Notes: generated by a model not told the origin, from the sequence alone. Positions 26,123 to 42,204 are shown, numbered from the stretch's first letter. The stretch: 64,000 bases of DNA from Octopus vulgaris (GCA_951406725.2 OX597833.1:18228001-18292000); one strand, 5' to 3'. Numbers and translations: made by a program.

Positions 26123-26878
26123 GAGCACCCCACAGACACCTGTACCTTTAACGCAGTTCCCGGGGAGATTCAGCGTGACGCAGAGTGTGACAAGGCTGGG
26201 CCTTTGAAATACAACTACAACAGAAACAGGAAGAAAGAGTGAAAGTTGTGGTGAAAATTCCTATTTTGGGTTTTCACACATTAACTTATGTAGTTTGAAC
26301 TACCTAAGTAAAATCTAGCTGTTCCTTGCAATGTATACCAATAAATACATCTAAAGCAACATTTTTCAGGGGCCCTTGAAATACTGTTGTGGATCCCCAA
26401 TTAACTATTTTGTTTTGTGAACCCACAAAAATCTTATACGGACCTTCAGGGGCCAAATGGAACCCGGTTGAGAACTGTTGGACTAAAACCTTCAATGCAT
26501 TTCCATTATGGCTGCTGTCCGACGACCGAGACAAGTAAACGGATAAATGATAATAGTCTTAGAGATATATTGCTTATTGACCCATTCGTACTACTCCACC
26601 CTTCGCATGCATATTTCAGTTCAAATCAATAATTTCGTGATCTTTACAATGATTAAAATAAAAGACAAAGGAGAAGCAACAAGAGAGAAATCAGGAATTA
26701 AAAGTGTTTTAATGCGTGGCAGTCTGGTAAGTAGCTTGCTTACCAACCATATGGCTCTGGGTTCAGCCCCACAGCATGGTACCTTGGGTAAGTGTTTTCT
26801 ACTATAACCTCGGGTCGACCAAAGCCTTGTGAGTGGATTTGGTAGACGGAAACTGAAAGAAGCCCGTCGTATATATGT

Positions 26879-27007
<129 letters not shown>

Positions 27008-29124
27008 TGTTTGTGTGTCTGTGTTTGTCCCCCCAACATCGCTTGACAACCGATGCTGGTGTGTTTACGACCCCGTAACTTAGCGGTTCGACAAAAAAGA
27101 CCGATAGAATAAGTACTACGCTTACAAAGAATAAGTCCTGGGGTCGATTTGCTCGACTAAAGACGGTGCTCCAGCATGGCCGCAGTCAAATGACTGAAAC
27201 AAGCAAAAAAGTAATTCAAGCATGTGATTGGCTGTGTGGTAAGAAACTTGCTTTCCATCCACATAATTCCAGGTTCAGTTCCACTGCGTGGCACTTTGAG
27301 CAATTGGGTTCTATCATAGCTTTGGGCTGACCAAAGATTTGTGAGTGGATTCGGAAGATGCAAACTGAAAGAATCCCGTTGCATATATAATTTACGCGTA
27401 TGTGTGAGTGTGTGTATGTATGTGTGTGTATGTATGTGTGTGTGTGTGTCTTTGTGTCTGTGTTTGTAACCCATCGCCACTTTACAACCAATGTTGGTGT
27501 GTACGTCCCTGAAATTAGCGGTTCGTCAAAAGTGGCCGGTAGAATTTGTACCAGGCTTGAAAAAATAAGTCCTGGGGTCGATTCATTGGGCTAAAAACTT
27601 CTGAAAGGCGATGCCCCAGCATGACCACATTTTAACAACTGAAACAAATAAGAAAAAATGTAATTTTAAAAAAGGCAACGAAGAGGCAGAATCGTTAGCT
27701 TATCAGCATTTCTACCGGCTTAACGTCACGCCGAGGTCGACCCTGCTTGTCATCCTTTCGGGGTCAATAAAATAAAGTATTTGTTGAGTATAGTGGTCGA
27801 TGTAGTCGACTAATAAAATGTAAGTACCTATTTCTTTACTACCCACAAGGGGTTAAACACAGAGAGGACAAACAAGGACAGACAAAGGGATTAAGTCGAT
27901 TATATCGACCCCAGTGCGTAACTGGTACTTATTTAATCGACCCCGAAAGAATGAAAGTCGACCTCGGCGGAATTTGAACTCAGAACGTAACGGCAGACGA
28001 AATACCATTAAGCCTTTCGCCCGGCGTGCTAACGATTCTGCCAGCTCGCCGCCTTCATGTAAGTACCGCCTCGAATACCAGGCCTCATGAAGCCTGTTAC
28101 TCGGTTCCCATGGTGCTTAAGTCACCGATACAGCAATTCAATTCGTCAGAGGATTTCTCGGATACAGCTTAGTGGATTGGAGTAACGTGAAAAGAATAAC
28201 TGGTCCTCCGTCGGTTACGACGACGAGGGTTCCAGTTGATCCGATCAACAGAACAGTTTGCTCGTGAAAGTAACATACAAATGGCTCAGTACTCCACAAA
28301 CCCTCATGCCCTTAATGTAGTTCTCAAGGATATTCAACGTGACGCAGAATGTGATAAAGCTGGCCCTTTGAATTACAGGTAGTACTCATTTTTGTCAGCT
28401 GAGTGGACTGGAGTAACGTGAAATGAAGTGTCTTGCTCAACGACACAGCGCGTCGCCGTGAATTGAATTCGATCGTGAGCCGAAAACCCTAAACCTTAAA
28501 CCACACGTGTTCACTTTCTTCAAGAATACAACGCCTCAGTTACCGGACCGGGTGATGCGTTATGTTCGAATCGACTCACCGTCTTCCCTAAGTTTCATAC
28601 TTTGTGCCTATATTAGAAACAATAATTACAAATTCACCTCGTTAATTTGATAAATAATAATTATTTGCCATTAGGATTTGAAGTGCTTCATGTGTACATA
28701 AACTACAAGCCTGTCTCACACTCGTCATCGGTAGCGTTAGGAAGAATTTGTAAAACTAAAATACGTCAGGGACGTAGAAAAATCTAGACCAATAAAAGGG
28801 TATCATTTTAAAAATAATATGAAAATTCTAAAACATATGCAGCTACTACAAACTGAATCCAACTGTTATGGTGTGGGGACAAAGGTACACAAACATATAT
28901 ATATATATATGTATATATACATGTATACTCTTTTACTTGTTTCAGTCATTTGCCTGAGACCATGCTGGAGCACCGCCTTTTAGTCGAGCTAATCGACCCC
29001 AGGACTTATTCTTTGTAAGCCTAGTACTTATTCTATCGGTCTTTTGCCGAACCGGTAAGTTACGGGAACGTAAACACACCATCATCGGTTGTCAAGCGAT
29101 GTTGGGGGACAATCCCAGACACAC

Positions 29125-31965
29125 ACATAACCAGGAATTTTCGGTTGACAATCGGTGGGTCGTACCCCACAAAAAGATGCTTTGCAAAACATTTCATGCA
29201 CACATCAACGTTGAATTCAAACATGAAAACAAGGCCGGCTTACGGAGTTGGATCTTGCGGTGTACAAAGGAAGGCAACACAATTGGATGCGTCGGCACAG
29301 TTCACTCCTGAACTCCGAATGCTTCCATTTGCAGCTCTTACATTATGTCATTAAGGGACCAACCTCCTTCTACGACCTTCGCATAGTGGACGGCTACTTA
29401 TGCGGCACTTTCAAAGATGCCTGCGCCAAACGGATACAGATTATCAATATGATAATGTACTTGAAGAGGCCTCTGTGCCATTCTCCGCACAAGCTCTGAT
29501 ACCTTTTCGCAATAATGCTAGTTTTCTGCAACCTGACAGACGCACATCCACCTTGGAATGAATACAAAACTCACTGTGCCATGACATTTTGCTGCAGACT
29601 CGTCAACTCACAGGTATCGCTGACACTCCCACTACCCCTGCCATTCACAACAAAGGGCTTCTTCTCTTGGAAGAATTGGTTATAGCAATTGGAGGTCAAC
29701 GATTGGACGTTTATTCTCTCAACTCTTCAGGCAGAAATGAAGACAACTGTCCCAATCGCCTCATTCTCAGAGAAACATCCTACAACATCCATAAACTCAA
29801 ACATTACATTACTGATAACGAGCCCCTTCTGAATTCCGATCAAGCTGACGTATACAATTTCGTCCTCGGAAACATCTACACACACACTGGCGGAATCACC
29901 TTCTTAGACGAACCTGTTGGAACTGGGAAAACATTCCCCTTGAATCTTCCTTTTGCGAAGTTGCGGCATAATGGCGACCTTGCTATTGCTGTTGCCTCCT
30001 CAGGAATAGCGTCGACTCTTCTCGACGGCGGACGAACAGCACACTCTACATTCAAATTGCCTTTCAATGTAGCACATCAAGAAAATTCAATGATCCACAT
30101 ATTGCATTCCTTGGACGAAGGACAGTTTTGAAAAAGTGCCAACTCATTATTTGGGATAAAGCAACAATGTCCCACAAATGTTTCCTACAATGAGAGACCT
30201 TAGATCAAACAACAACATCCTTGGAGTTGCGACTCTACTTCTTGCAGGAGATTTTTGACAAACTCTGCCTATTATACACAAAAGAAAACCCGCTGGTGAA
30301 CTTAATGCCTTCCTTAAAAATCCCTCCTTTGGTCGCATGTCCAATCGAAGCAACTCACCATCAACATGAGATCACTCCTACAGACTGGTCAGCCTACAAC
30401 CCAGTTCTCGGAAATGTGCCTTAAAATTGGCAATGGACAAATTACGTCCGACGACAACGGATATGTTGACACTACCACCATTGGCCACACTATCTCCAGC
30501 CCTGATGACATGTTCTGCCGTTTACCCAAATCTTACAATGGAATAAATAAAACCAGTTTAGCTTCGCGACATGGCTGTTCTTACACCTACAAATGCAGCT
30601 GTCAACACTCTTAACTATGACATAGCTACCTTCTCAAGAACATTGTTAGCCGTTCAAGAATTTGGACCTGGAGATCTCCATTTCCAGCGACTTCGAGGAC
30701 CACTTTCTAGTGGTGTCGGGCGTCAACAAAGAGCCCTGGACTACAACAAGACGACCAAAGATTTCTTTTTTCCAAGGTCTGGGATCGCCCCTAAGCCCTA
30801 GACCATCACCTAATCATCCTTACCCGTCTTGTTGCTAAACAACAATAACAACAAGAACATTGTTACAGATCAGTTGACACCGTTACCGACCTCCATCAGG
30901 TTACACACTTTCCAACTGAATTTCTCAACTCCCAAGATCATCCAGGACTCCCTCCCTATGAACTTCACTTAAAAGTCTGTTGCCCTGTCATCCTCCTACG
31001 CAATCTAAACGCAGCCACACTATGACCTCGTGGTCAAACAAATGATGGACCACGTCATTGAAGCCCAAATTATCACGGGACTCGGCAAAAACGATACCGT
31101 TTTCATTCCGAAAATTCCGCTAACCCCCCAAAACAGCCCCTAACCTATGCAGAGACTTCAGTTCCCTCTCAAACTCAGCTTCACCATGATAATTAACAAA
31201 GCACATGGTCAGTCGCTGAAAGTTGTCTGATTGGATCTTCGATCATCGTGCTTTTCACATGGACAGTTCTACGGCGGTTGTTCCAGAGTTGACCACCCGG
31301 ACAAGTTATTCATCTATGATCCTGAAGGAAAAACAAAAAATGTCGTCTACAAAGCAGCCCTACAGAAGTTATTTCTCTACTGCATTCTTCATATCTCCGC
31401 CAAACTGTAGCCGTTAGTAATCAGACTTCCAGCAAGCATTTCATTGATATTTTGCTTCATTTCCCTGATTGCTGTTTACAGTACATTACCTCCAATGACC
31501 CTTATTACTTCACACACGCTGTTCACTCATAAGCATGCTCTGACATTTATTTAGGTACATACCATTATTCTATTTGCATGTTTGCTATAAATGTTTGCTT
31601 TTCTTTATCATACATGACTTTCATTAAAAAAAAAAAAGCTTCAATGCGGTTGTGTCAGGCATTACGAGAAAAATAATACATGATACAAAACACTTCAAGA
31701 TATAGGATCCCTAATGCCTACTGAAATTGCAGTCTCATTTCATGGACTTTCATTTATTACTAACGGCCAAATTTGTATTCAAAAAAATGTATTCATTACC
31801 TAAGTTTCTTAATACCATATCATAAGCTGCTAATGAAAATGGTAATTAGACATTTTACGCTTATCAACTTGAAATGACTTCTGCGTTCTAATTCAACTTA
31901 AACCGTCCGCAACAGTGCACCATTATAATAAATTACACCGTCCAAAGGACGGTTGCATTTGCTAG
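29125..31965 (+). mobile_element. Decayed, 5'-truncated Helitron (Rep/Pif1 helicase pseudogene) with intact 3' end
   Basis: Frameshifted fragments: [33 protein letters not shown] (Walker A), [60 protein letters not shown]. Hairpin ACCGTCC-aaa-GGACGGT 31937-53, then CTAG 31962-65 followed by T. Confidence 0.92.
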
Positions 31966-32552
31966 TATATGTATATATATATATATATCACATGATCACG
32001 TGACCGACCAGGCTATCAGATGTTGCTATACATCGCTAGCCACAATGCGCTTCGAATTGTTTTAACCTTCAAATGACGCCACCCTGCTGGCTAAGCGAGC
32101 AGGCCAACAGAAGAAAGAGTGAGAGAAAGTTGTGGCGAAAGAGTACAGCAGGGATCGCCGGAGCCTCGTGGAACTTTAGGTGTTTTTGTTCAATAAACAC
32201 TCACAACGCCCGGTCTGAGAATCGAAACCGCTCTCCTACGATCGCGAGTCCGCTGCCCTAACTACTGGGCCATAGCGCCTCAAATAAGTACAAAACAGGC
32301 CATATAGTGATAAAATAGCCCAATATCGATAAAGCAGTAGGTTCAAGACCTTATACACTTTGATATACTTCTGTAAAAATAGCGAAAATTTGAAATAATT
32401 TGAAATACACCTTTGAAAGTAAAATGGCGAAAAATCATACTTTAGTAATCACGAAGCGATAAACGATATCACTGGTCATGTTCTGTATTTGGCGTGGAAG
32501 GGAAGTACTGACACTCGAAAGGGAGGATATAAGTAATATATTTATATATATA

Positions 32553-32968
32553 GGCGCAGGAGTGGCTGTGTGGTAAGTAGCTTGTTTACCAACCATATGA
32601 TTCCGGGTTCAGTCCCACTGTGTGGCACCTTGGGCAAGTGTCTTCTACTATAGCCTCGGGCCGACCAAAGCCTTGTGAGTGGATTTGGTAGACGGAAACT
32701 GAAAGAAGCCCGTCGTATATATGTATATATATATATATGTGTGTGTGTGTGTTTGTGTGTCTGTGTTTGTCCCCCTAGCATTGCTTGACAACCGATGCTG
32801 GTGTGTTTATGTCCCCGTTACCTAGCGGTTCGGCAAAAGAGACCGATAGAATAAGTACTGGACTTACAAAAGAATAAGTCCCGGGGTCGATTTGCTCGAT
32901 TAAAAAGGCGGTGCTCCATCATGGCCGCAGTCAAATGACTGAAACAAGTAAAAAAGAGTAAAAAAAGA
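32553..32968 (+). mobile_element. tRNA-derived SINE family B with internal (TA)/(TG) microsatellite (representative full copy)
   Basis: A box gtggctgtgtggt, B box gggttcagtccc, CORE-like ccttgggcaagtgtcttct, tail ...ccagcatggccgcagtcaaatgactgaaacaagtaaaa. Other + copies at ~19487-19997, 20123-20520, 22623-23018, 26716-27210, 58970-59370. Confidence 0.8.
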
Positions 32969-33317
32969 GTATATGTGTGTGTGTGTGTATGTATGTTTGT
33001 GTATGTGTGTCTGTAACGGGTGTTTATACAGTTGTCAACTAAATTCACTCAAAGCAAAATTGCTCGGCCAGGCGCTGTAGTAGGAGGCACTTTCCCAAGG
33101 TGCCACGCCGTGGGACCGAACCCGAAAACATGGTGTTGCAAAGTGAGTTCCTTAACCACACAGCCACGCCTGCGCGTGACTACGACTTTGGTAAAGATCA
33201 ACCTCCAATGCATGTTTGCTAATATCTAGCATATATTCTATATTCTTTCTCAAGCCGTCTTTTTGTTTTCTTTCTTTGCTTCGTTCGTTCGTTCTCTGAT
33301 GTTTTCTAATGTGTCTG

Positions 33318-33348
<31 letters not shown>

Positions 33349-33720
33349 ACACACCCCTACCGTTGTCGTCCTGCCTTCTCGTTTCTTTATCTCTTCTCGT
33401 TTCTATATTGTTTTAGTACTATGTACAGAAGGATTTAAAAGACGCTCACTGAGGAATTCATGCTGGAAAGAAAAAAATCGAACCAAATCAGAAAAAAAAA
33501 AGAAAGAAAAAATGACAAAAAAGGGGGAAAAAATCACACAGTAACACTTCGGAACTTTGTGACTTTTATTGTGCCAACATCTTTGCCACATCTTTTAATG
33601 TGTTGACATCTGTTGTACCAATAAATGCTTGGATTTCCATGGGTACCAGAGAATTGCCATATGTTTCGTAATCCTTCCTTACATGATCCAAGGAAGTTGT
33701 GACATTTTCTTTCTTTCAGG

Positions 33721-33796
<76 letters not shown>

Positions 33797-33814
33797 GACA
33801 GTCTCTCTGTCTTC

Positions 33815-33892
<78 letters not shown>

Positions 33893-33910
33893 GACAGTCT
33901 CTCTGTCTTC

Positions 33911-33996
<86 letters not shown>

Positions 33997-34108
33997 GTCT
34001 GTCTATCTATCTATTCGTGTATTCATCTTATTGCAGCGCGTGTGTGTGTATGTGTATGTGTGTACCACTACTTTTGCTGTTTTTGTTATTGCTATTGTTG
34101 TTGTTGTT

Positions 34109-34141
<33 letters not shown>

Positions 34142-34297
34142 GTTGTTATTATCATTATTATTATTATTATTATAAATTGTGTTGTCTCTAATACTTTCTA
34201 TTGGAAATCATTTTCGTGTTATTCTTTCTTCTCCAAGAGATTTTTTTACCTAGATTCATGGGAATTCAAGAACGCCTTATTCGATAAAACTGTTATA

Positions 34298-34337
<40 letters not shown>

Positions 34338-35012
34338 CACACACACACGCACACACATACATTGTTTGCATCCTTAATGGCGTCTCTCTGCACCAAGACA
34401 AAAAAACAAAATGAAGAACTGGTTAATGGCAAACGGATATGAATTGATTTACTTTTTCTTCACACTAAACTTCACCTCTGCATTTATCAAAACCTTGTTT
34501 CTTTTCGTTTTTTTTTTTCCTTATGGCCTGAGTGGCGCATGTTAAATACTTAATAATCTCCCCTGTAGTCGTATCCAAATGCGTTCGAATTTCAGCCGTT
34601 GATGAAGAGGAATACAGCATACAACTATAATTATTCCAGTTGTTTGAGCGTTAAAAATAAGTCTTGGGGGTCCATTTTGTCCGACTAAACCCTTCAAGGC
34701 GGTACTCCAGTATGGCCGCACTAAAGGGCAATAAAAGATACTTTCATTGTTTAATTCTTTTACTTGTTTCAGTCATTTGAGTGCGGCCATGCTGGAGCAC
34801 CACCTCGAAGGGGTATTTTTGGTCAAAGAAATTGACTCAAGGACCTATTCTTTGTAAGCCTAGTACTTATTTCATCTGTCACTTTTGCCGAACCGCTGGA
34901 TTACGAGGACATAAACATAGCGACATCGGTTTTCAAACGATGGTGGGGCGACAAACATAGACGCAAAGACATACACACATACATACATATATATATATGT
35001 GTGTGTGTGTGG

Positions 35013-35055
<43 letters not shown>

Positions 35056-35515
35056 GATATATATAAATATATATTTATACACACACACACACACGACGGG
35101 CTTCTTTCAGTTTCCGTCTGCCAAGTCCACTCACAAGGCTTTGGTCGGCACGCAGCTATAGTAGAAGATATTTGCGCAAGGTGCCACGCTGTGGGACTGA
35201 ACGTGGAACCATGCTGTTGGGAAGCAAGCTTCTTACCACACAACCACACTTTTTCCTTATCATTTCACTTCACTCGGGCATTTATTAAAACTATGTTTTG
35301 TTTCCGACGAGAGAGATGCGTATTACGCACCTATATAATATATTTTTTTTGTACGTTCCCGTAACTTAGCGGTCTGACGAAAACGACCGATAGAGTAAGT
35401 AACAGACGTAAGACATAATAAGTACTGAGGTCAGTTTGTTCGACTAAACCCTTCTTGACCAATGGGGTACAGTCCAATGACCAATGACTGAAAAAATATT
35501 AAAAAATTAAAAATA

Positions 35516-35733
35516 CGAGTGGGTGCTGAAAAGTTCCTAGCTTTGAGTAAAAGAAAATACAGGAGGATCAGTTAATTATGATTTTATCCAACATATTCTC
35601 CTCTCAGATTCACACACTTATTGCAGTGGTCCTTCAGTTTTTCTAAGCCCTGTAAAAGAACTCGGAAGGTTGGGCCTCCAGCTAGATCTTTCGCGAAACC
35701 CTTAAAACCAGAAACTTTTCAGCACCCATTTCG
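35516..35733. mobile_element. mariner-type MITE
   Basis: TA|cgagtgggtgctgaaaagttcct ... agaaacttttcagcacccatttcg form imperfect TIRs. Confidence 0.6.
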
Positions 35734-36024
35734 CATATCTAAAATCCTTAACATTATACCTTACCAGTGCATTTATCAAAACAATTTTTCTGACAGTGAC
35801 GCATCTTAAGGACTTATACAATATTCTCCTACTAGCTGGCCCTGTGCCATCAAAAACGATGGCTAATTGTAGTATTATATATATAAATATGGATGGTAAA
35901 TCCAATTAATACACTTGTCAATGTTATCCAGTGGTTGTCTTTTAGGATGTGACATTGATCATGGTTTGTTACTGAAAGAACGCTGGTTCACACATACAAA
36001 CATTCACATACTTCCCTTGTACAT

Positions 36025-36092
<68 letters not shown>

Positions 36093-36160
36093 TCACACAG
36101 AGTTGAAACGCTGTTTGATTTCCCTTTCCAGTGTTGAATGATCACTATCCCACTTCCATT

Positions 36161-36198
<38 letters not shown>

Positions 36199-37822
36199 CC
36201 CTTTTACATACACACACATATACTCACACAGAGTTGAAACGCTCCCACTACCAGTTTGCCATCACCCTTCCTTCCTTCTTCATCTATCACCCCTTCCTTT
36301 CTCATTCATATGTTGTGACGGAGAAAAACACAAGAGTATTATTATAGTAGATTAATCAAGGCGGTGAGCTGGCAGAAGCGTTAGCACGCCGGGCGAAATG
36401 TTTAGCAGCATTTCGTCTGTCATTTAAGCACCCAAAAACCGTTAGATTCACTTCAATTTGCCAGAATATTTCGTCGCTTTGAGACCGCGACCTGTTCACT
36501 GACAAAATTCCGTGCTGCGTCTGTTGAAGTGAATCTAACAGTTTTTGTGTGTTTCGTAAATGGCTTATAAACACCTTCCACGCTGCAATTGTTTTGTAGA
36601 AAATATTATAGTAGATTAATCATATTCGACAGCGTTCGAATTTCTGTCGTTGATGAAATGGATTACAACAATGATAATTCCGATTGCTTTAGATTTGCTC
36701 ATGGAATTATGATGTAAATATGATTGATTATTCCGCATACATTTGTAGACTTAACATAAAACAGCCTGTAGCAGTGCCGGGACCATTAAATTATATGTAC
36801 AGTATACATGCGGTTATGGCCCAGTGGTTAGGACAGCGGACTCGCGGTCGGAGGATCACGGTTTCGATCCCCAGACCAGGTGTTGTGTGTGTTTATTGAG
36901 CGAAAACAACCCAAAAGCTCCACGAGGCTCCGGCAGGGGCTGGTGGCGACCCCTGTTGTACTCTTTCGCCCCAACTTTCTCTCACTCTCTCTTCCTGTTT
37001 CTTGAGTAACGCTGCGATGGACTGGCGTCCCGTCCAGCTGGGGGGGGGGGGACACACACATAAGCCACAGAAACCGGGAAACCGGGCCCGTGAGCCTGGT
37101 TAGGCTTGAAAAGGGCGAAAAAAAAGAAGATACATGTAGTTATGAGTCAGTTCCTGAATCTCATCACAGGCTGATGATATCTGCTACTGGTACCATGCAA
37201 ACCAGTGCTACATGTTCCATGGTCGGGTGGTCGGCCTCTAAACAACCTCTCGCCAAACGTGAGTAGCTTGCTTCTCTTATGGTGAGGGTGTCTCGACACC
37301 CAGCAAAACTAAAAACAAAAATCTGTCGAAGGACGTATAAGCTCCTAATGGGACAACGGTCATCCAGTTGGGGAAGCCAATGACAAACCAACCCAATATC
37401 TTTGCCAAGAAAATACTATGAGAAAGCCAGAACGCAGTAACGCTAAGGCTTCATCCGATGACAGAACTCGCCTTTAATCAGGAAAGTTTCGCTATCGTAC
37501 CATCAACATGCTGCAAAAACGATACATAGCGACGATGATACGTGCGGTGAAGAAGCTCGGTTTTGCAGCCACGTGGTTTCAGATTTCAGATCTCACTGAG
37601 TGGCATTATGGACAAGTATCTTGGACAATGGCCCCAGGCCAACCAATGTCTTCTGAGTGAATCTGGTGGACGGAGATTGTGTGGAAGCCCGCCGTATATA
37701 TATACTTTATTTAAAAGCAGCAGAAATTCAACAATAAAGCATATTACTCTACCCCTGGTATTTGAGTACTCTTTTTTTCCCACCTTGCTTCACATTTATG
37801 TGTGTATATATATTATATATCC

Positions 37823-37879
<57 letters not shown>

Positions 37880-37999
37880 GATTTGCTCGACTAAAGGCGG
37901 TGTTCCAGCATGGCCGCAGTCAAATGACTGAAACAAGTAAAAGAGTAAAAGAGATATGCGTATGCTTATAAATACACACACATATAAATATAAATATAA

Positions 38000-38073
<74 letters not shown>

Positions 38074-38759
38074 AAGAAAATTGGGAGAGAGCAGTGGGGA
38101 GGAAAGAAGGCAAAAACAAGGACAGCGTAACGTGACGTTGTTACAAGTAAAAATTTTTATTACTTCTCCATCAAAACATTGTATATATTTAAGTAATGTT
38201 TCACCAATTTTTACAGCACCCATTTTCATGTGTTTCCGGTTTCAGTTCTCACATTGGTATCCTGCAAAACAAAATGATAATAATAACACAAAGCGTTAAA
38301 CATTAATCAACGGCATACTGTTTACAAGGATATAATGACACACAATATAAGTAATTGCTTTAAAATAACCGTCTGTGTGTCATACTTTATGTAAATACCT
38401 TGCAAAAAAGTAAATTTCCTGCGGTTATGGGCGTGCTGTGTTTAAAAATAACAGTTTTATCAGTAGCAGACGAACATCGTCCAGCAGCGTCGGTCAACAT
38501 TTTTTTTTTGTTCCATATTCAAGGACACCCTACTAAACACTACTTGTTACAGCTAACTAGTCTATAGGCGTAGGAGTGGCTGTGTGGTAAGTAGATTGCT
38601 TACCACCTACATAGTTCAGGGTTCAGTCCCACTGCGTGGCCCTTGGGCAAGTGTCTTCTACTATAGCCTCGGGCCGACCAAAGCCTTGTGAGTGGATTTG
38701 GTAGACAGAAACTGAAAAAAGCCCATCGTATATATGTGTTTGTGTTTGGGGCTAGCTGA

Positions 38760-39103
38760 CTACATCGATATCAATGTTTCACTGGTATTTAATTTATCGA
38801 CCTTAAAAGGATGAAAGGCAAAGTCGACCTCGGTGGAATTTGAGCTCAGAACGTAGCGCCAGATGAAATACCTATTTCTTTACTACCCACAAGGGGCTAA
38901 ACACAGAAAGGACAAACAAGGACAGACAAACGGATTAAGTCGATTATATGGACCCTAATGCGTAAGTGGTACTTATTTAATCGACCCCGAAAGGATGAAA
39001 GGCAAAGTCGACCTCGGCGGAATTTGAACTCAGAACGTAGCGGCAGACGAAATACCGCTCAGCATTTCGCGCGGCGTGCTAACGTTTCTGCCAGCTCGCC
39101 ACC
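38760..39103 (-). mobile_element. SINE family A multimer
   Basis: Reverse complement of the family A head and core. Further minus copies at ~545-770, 6015-6355 and 27828-28055. Confidence 0.75.
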
Positions 39104-39373
39104 TTCTCAATAATAATGAAAAAAAAAGGCATCGGAGGGGCGATGCATACCCTGCGTGCAGATAATTTTTTTCGAAAATTATAGTGTGGCTTACAATGCG
39201 TTGCTTATCCATGCTTTTTAGTTGAAGTGAATTAATCTTTTTTAAGTATCACCATCATAGGTACTTAACTCCGGTGAAATTAAGAAATCAACTCGTAAGT
39301 AAACGAAACCCTCGAATCTATCACTGTACACACACAAGAGCGCACACACGCACTCAGGCACACACGCAGTCGC

Positions 39374-39404
<31 letters not shown>

Positions 39405-39759
39405 TGTATGTATGTATGTATGTATGTATGTATGTATGTATGTACGCACATGTATCTACACGCATAGGTACACAATGATCTATAGACACGCAGACGAGGG
39501 CCGATTTACATGAAAAAAGAAAGTGAACAAAATAATATGACCACTTGCTTATCGGAAAATTTGTAAGTTCGATTAAAATATTATTATTTTTTAAGATAAT
39601 GAAACCAAATGTTCATCATTTCGAGCCACTCACCCGATGGATATTTCTGCCAAATGTGGTAAAAATCCGTTTAACTTCTTTCCAGTAATTTTGCAAACAC
39701 ACAGACAAACAGAAAAAATGGGTGACTACAATATCTTGCTTTCGCTTACGCGCGCAGGG

Positions 39760-39890
39760 TAACGTCATGGTGTTTGAAGTTATCACTCGTGATGGTGACG
39801 TTATGCCTCCATTCATCTTCTCACACGGCCTCAGACACAACACGGTGGCTTACATCAAGTGCCTAGAGGAGGTAATGCTGCCCTATGTCT
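39760..39890 (+). mobile_element. Second fragment of the same Tc1/mariner-type transposase
   Basis: VMVFEVITRDGDVMPPFIFSHGLRHNTVAYIKCLEEVMLP overlaps in sequence with 40950-41025 and includes a segment deleted there. Confidence 0.7.
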
Positions 39891-39950
39891 GGGGCAAAAA
39901 TGGACGTAATATAAATAAAATGTCAAATATTTTTTTTACGTGACTTTTGG

Positions 39951-40023
<73 letters not shown>

Positions 40024-40051
40024 ATCATACACACACATACATATATACATG

Positions 40052-40116
<65 letters not shown>

Positions 40117-40135
40117 ATTACTATTATTATCATTA

Positions 40136-40258
<123 letters not shown>

Positions 40259-40289
40259 GTTATTATTATTATTATTGTTATTATTATTA

Positions 40290-41267
40290 TTATTGTCTGT
40301 TTCCGATTTTGTCGGCTACAAAGCATTGTAGGGTCAGTTGGCCACCGTCTGTGAGAAAAACAGTACCATGACGCTATTCACTCTACCAGAAATTTGGAAA
40401 CAACATGCTGTACTGCTTGGCATTCGTGCCGGAAGCTCCCATACGAACACTTCATAGTATTTGGGTGTCAATCTGAGGACACTGTAAAGGATTCGAAAAG
40501 TGTTGGATGAGTCTAATGGTGATTTCGAAGGTATGGCAGCTCGAAAAACTCACTCTGATTGTTCTGATAAGAAAAGAACTCTTGAATTTGTTGGTGAGAT
40601 CCAGGCCATGATTGACAACGATCCCTCCAAGTCAGTCAAATTCATTGCTAGGGACATGGCAATGTCTGAGTTTCTTACCAGGCAGGTAGTGCATGAAGAA
40701 ATTTGGTATTCCTCATACAAGATGATAAAGGGTCAATTTTTATCCCAAGCCATCAAGGAGAAGAGGAAAGGATACGCTACGAAACTTTTGAGCAAACTCA
40801 AGCATCTCCTCTAACCGAGTACGCTTTGGTTTTACTCAAATGAGAAAAATTTTTTGCCAGGATCAGATGGTGAACACACAGAACAACCGTTGGCTTGCCA
40901 TGTCTCCTAAACATCTACCAAGAGTGGTAAAAATCAAACATTCAGTCAACAGTATGGTGTTTGAAGTTATCACTAGTGATGGCGACGTTCCCACACGGCC
41001 TCAGGTAATGTTTCCCTATGTCTAGGGCAAAGAAGAACTGAAGGCAAGGATTATGGCAGCATACACCAACTTAAACAGAAGAGTTGCAGGGGGATTTCGA
41101 AGTCGTCTGGAGGCTATTGTCGAAGCCAGTGACGATTTTATTGAATAAATTTACTCTTTAGTATTTCAAAACATTTTCATGTAATTTTGGTAACTATATC
41201 TGTTAAAATGAGATGTCGGTGTTATATACCTTTTCCCGTAATTTAGACAATTTTTTTTTACCGCACC

Positions 41268-41270
<3 letters not shown>
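40290..41270 (+). mobile_element. Tc1/mariner-superfamily (maT/DD37D-like) transposase relic with 3' TIR
   Basis: IQAMIDNDPSKSVKFIARDMAMSEFLTRQVV (HTH), FCQDQMVNTQNNRW, MVFEVITSDGDV, with stops and frameshifts. Ends ...gcaccctg|TA at 41270. Confidence 0.8.
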
Positions 41271-41305
<35 letters not shown>

Positions 41306-41347
41306 TTCTCGATATATATATGTATGTATGTATGTATGTATATATGC

Positions 41348-41391
<44 letters not shown>

Positions 41392-41411
41392 GTGTATGTA
41401 TGTGTGTGTGC

Positions 41412-41527
<116 letters not shown>

Positions 41528-42204
41528 ACCCAAATAAACACGCATACATATGAATTAGGAGAACATCTCCCAATGATGCCGTTATCCTTTTGATCACTTT
41601 CACTCATCCGAAGTAACATGCCAGGGGAGCTGTAAGTGGTCACAGGCCTCCATTCCTCCCCCACTCCTCCCCCGACTAATTAGTAAAACAAGAAGTGTAT
41701 GCTATTGATATAAAGATGAAACGGTAATATTTATCTCCTGTTAGTATGAAACATGTGCGCTGTAGTGGTTTGAAACGCTGACAAGCCACGTCTGCGATAC
41801 AGATTTCAATCCTATTTCATGTGGCTTTATTTCTGTCTAAGATCCATGATCCTCACCTATAGCTACACTGGCGAAAATAAATTTAAGGCCTATGATAAAA
41901 GTTCTATTTCTTACAAAATATTTTGTTACTAACACCATACAAATAAATTTTATCCTTCACAACTTATGCAAAATTTATTTCTCTTTCGAATGATGCAGAC
42001 AATATCTATTTTTATACGACTTGAAGAATTCCAATGCTAAATTAATATAAACGTTTCAAATATACCGGCAAAATTAGTTTAAGACCATGTAATATGTATG
42101 CAAAAGTTTTTGCTAAAATGGGTGGTCACACAACGAGCCTAAATGCACTATATAGTGTTATAATTAACGTTATTATAAATTTGTTGTGTGAAAAAGTGCC
42201 ACAC

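Noticed and set aside
29589-30131. Host PIF1 helicase gene
   Set aside because: Multiple frameshifts and stops, no introns, Rep-side motifs upstream and a Helitron hairpin+CTAG end downstream.
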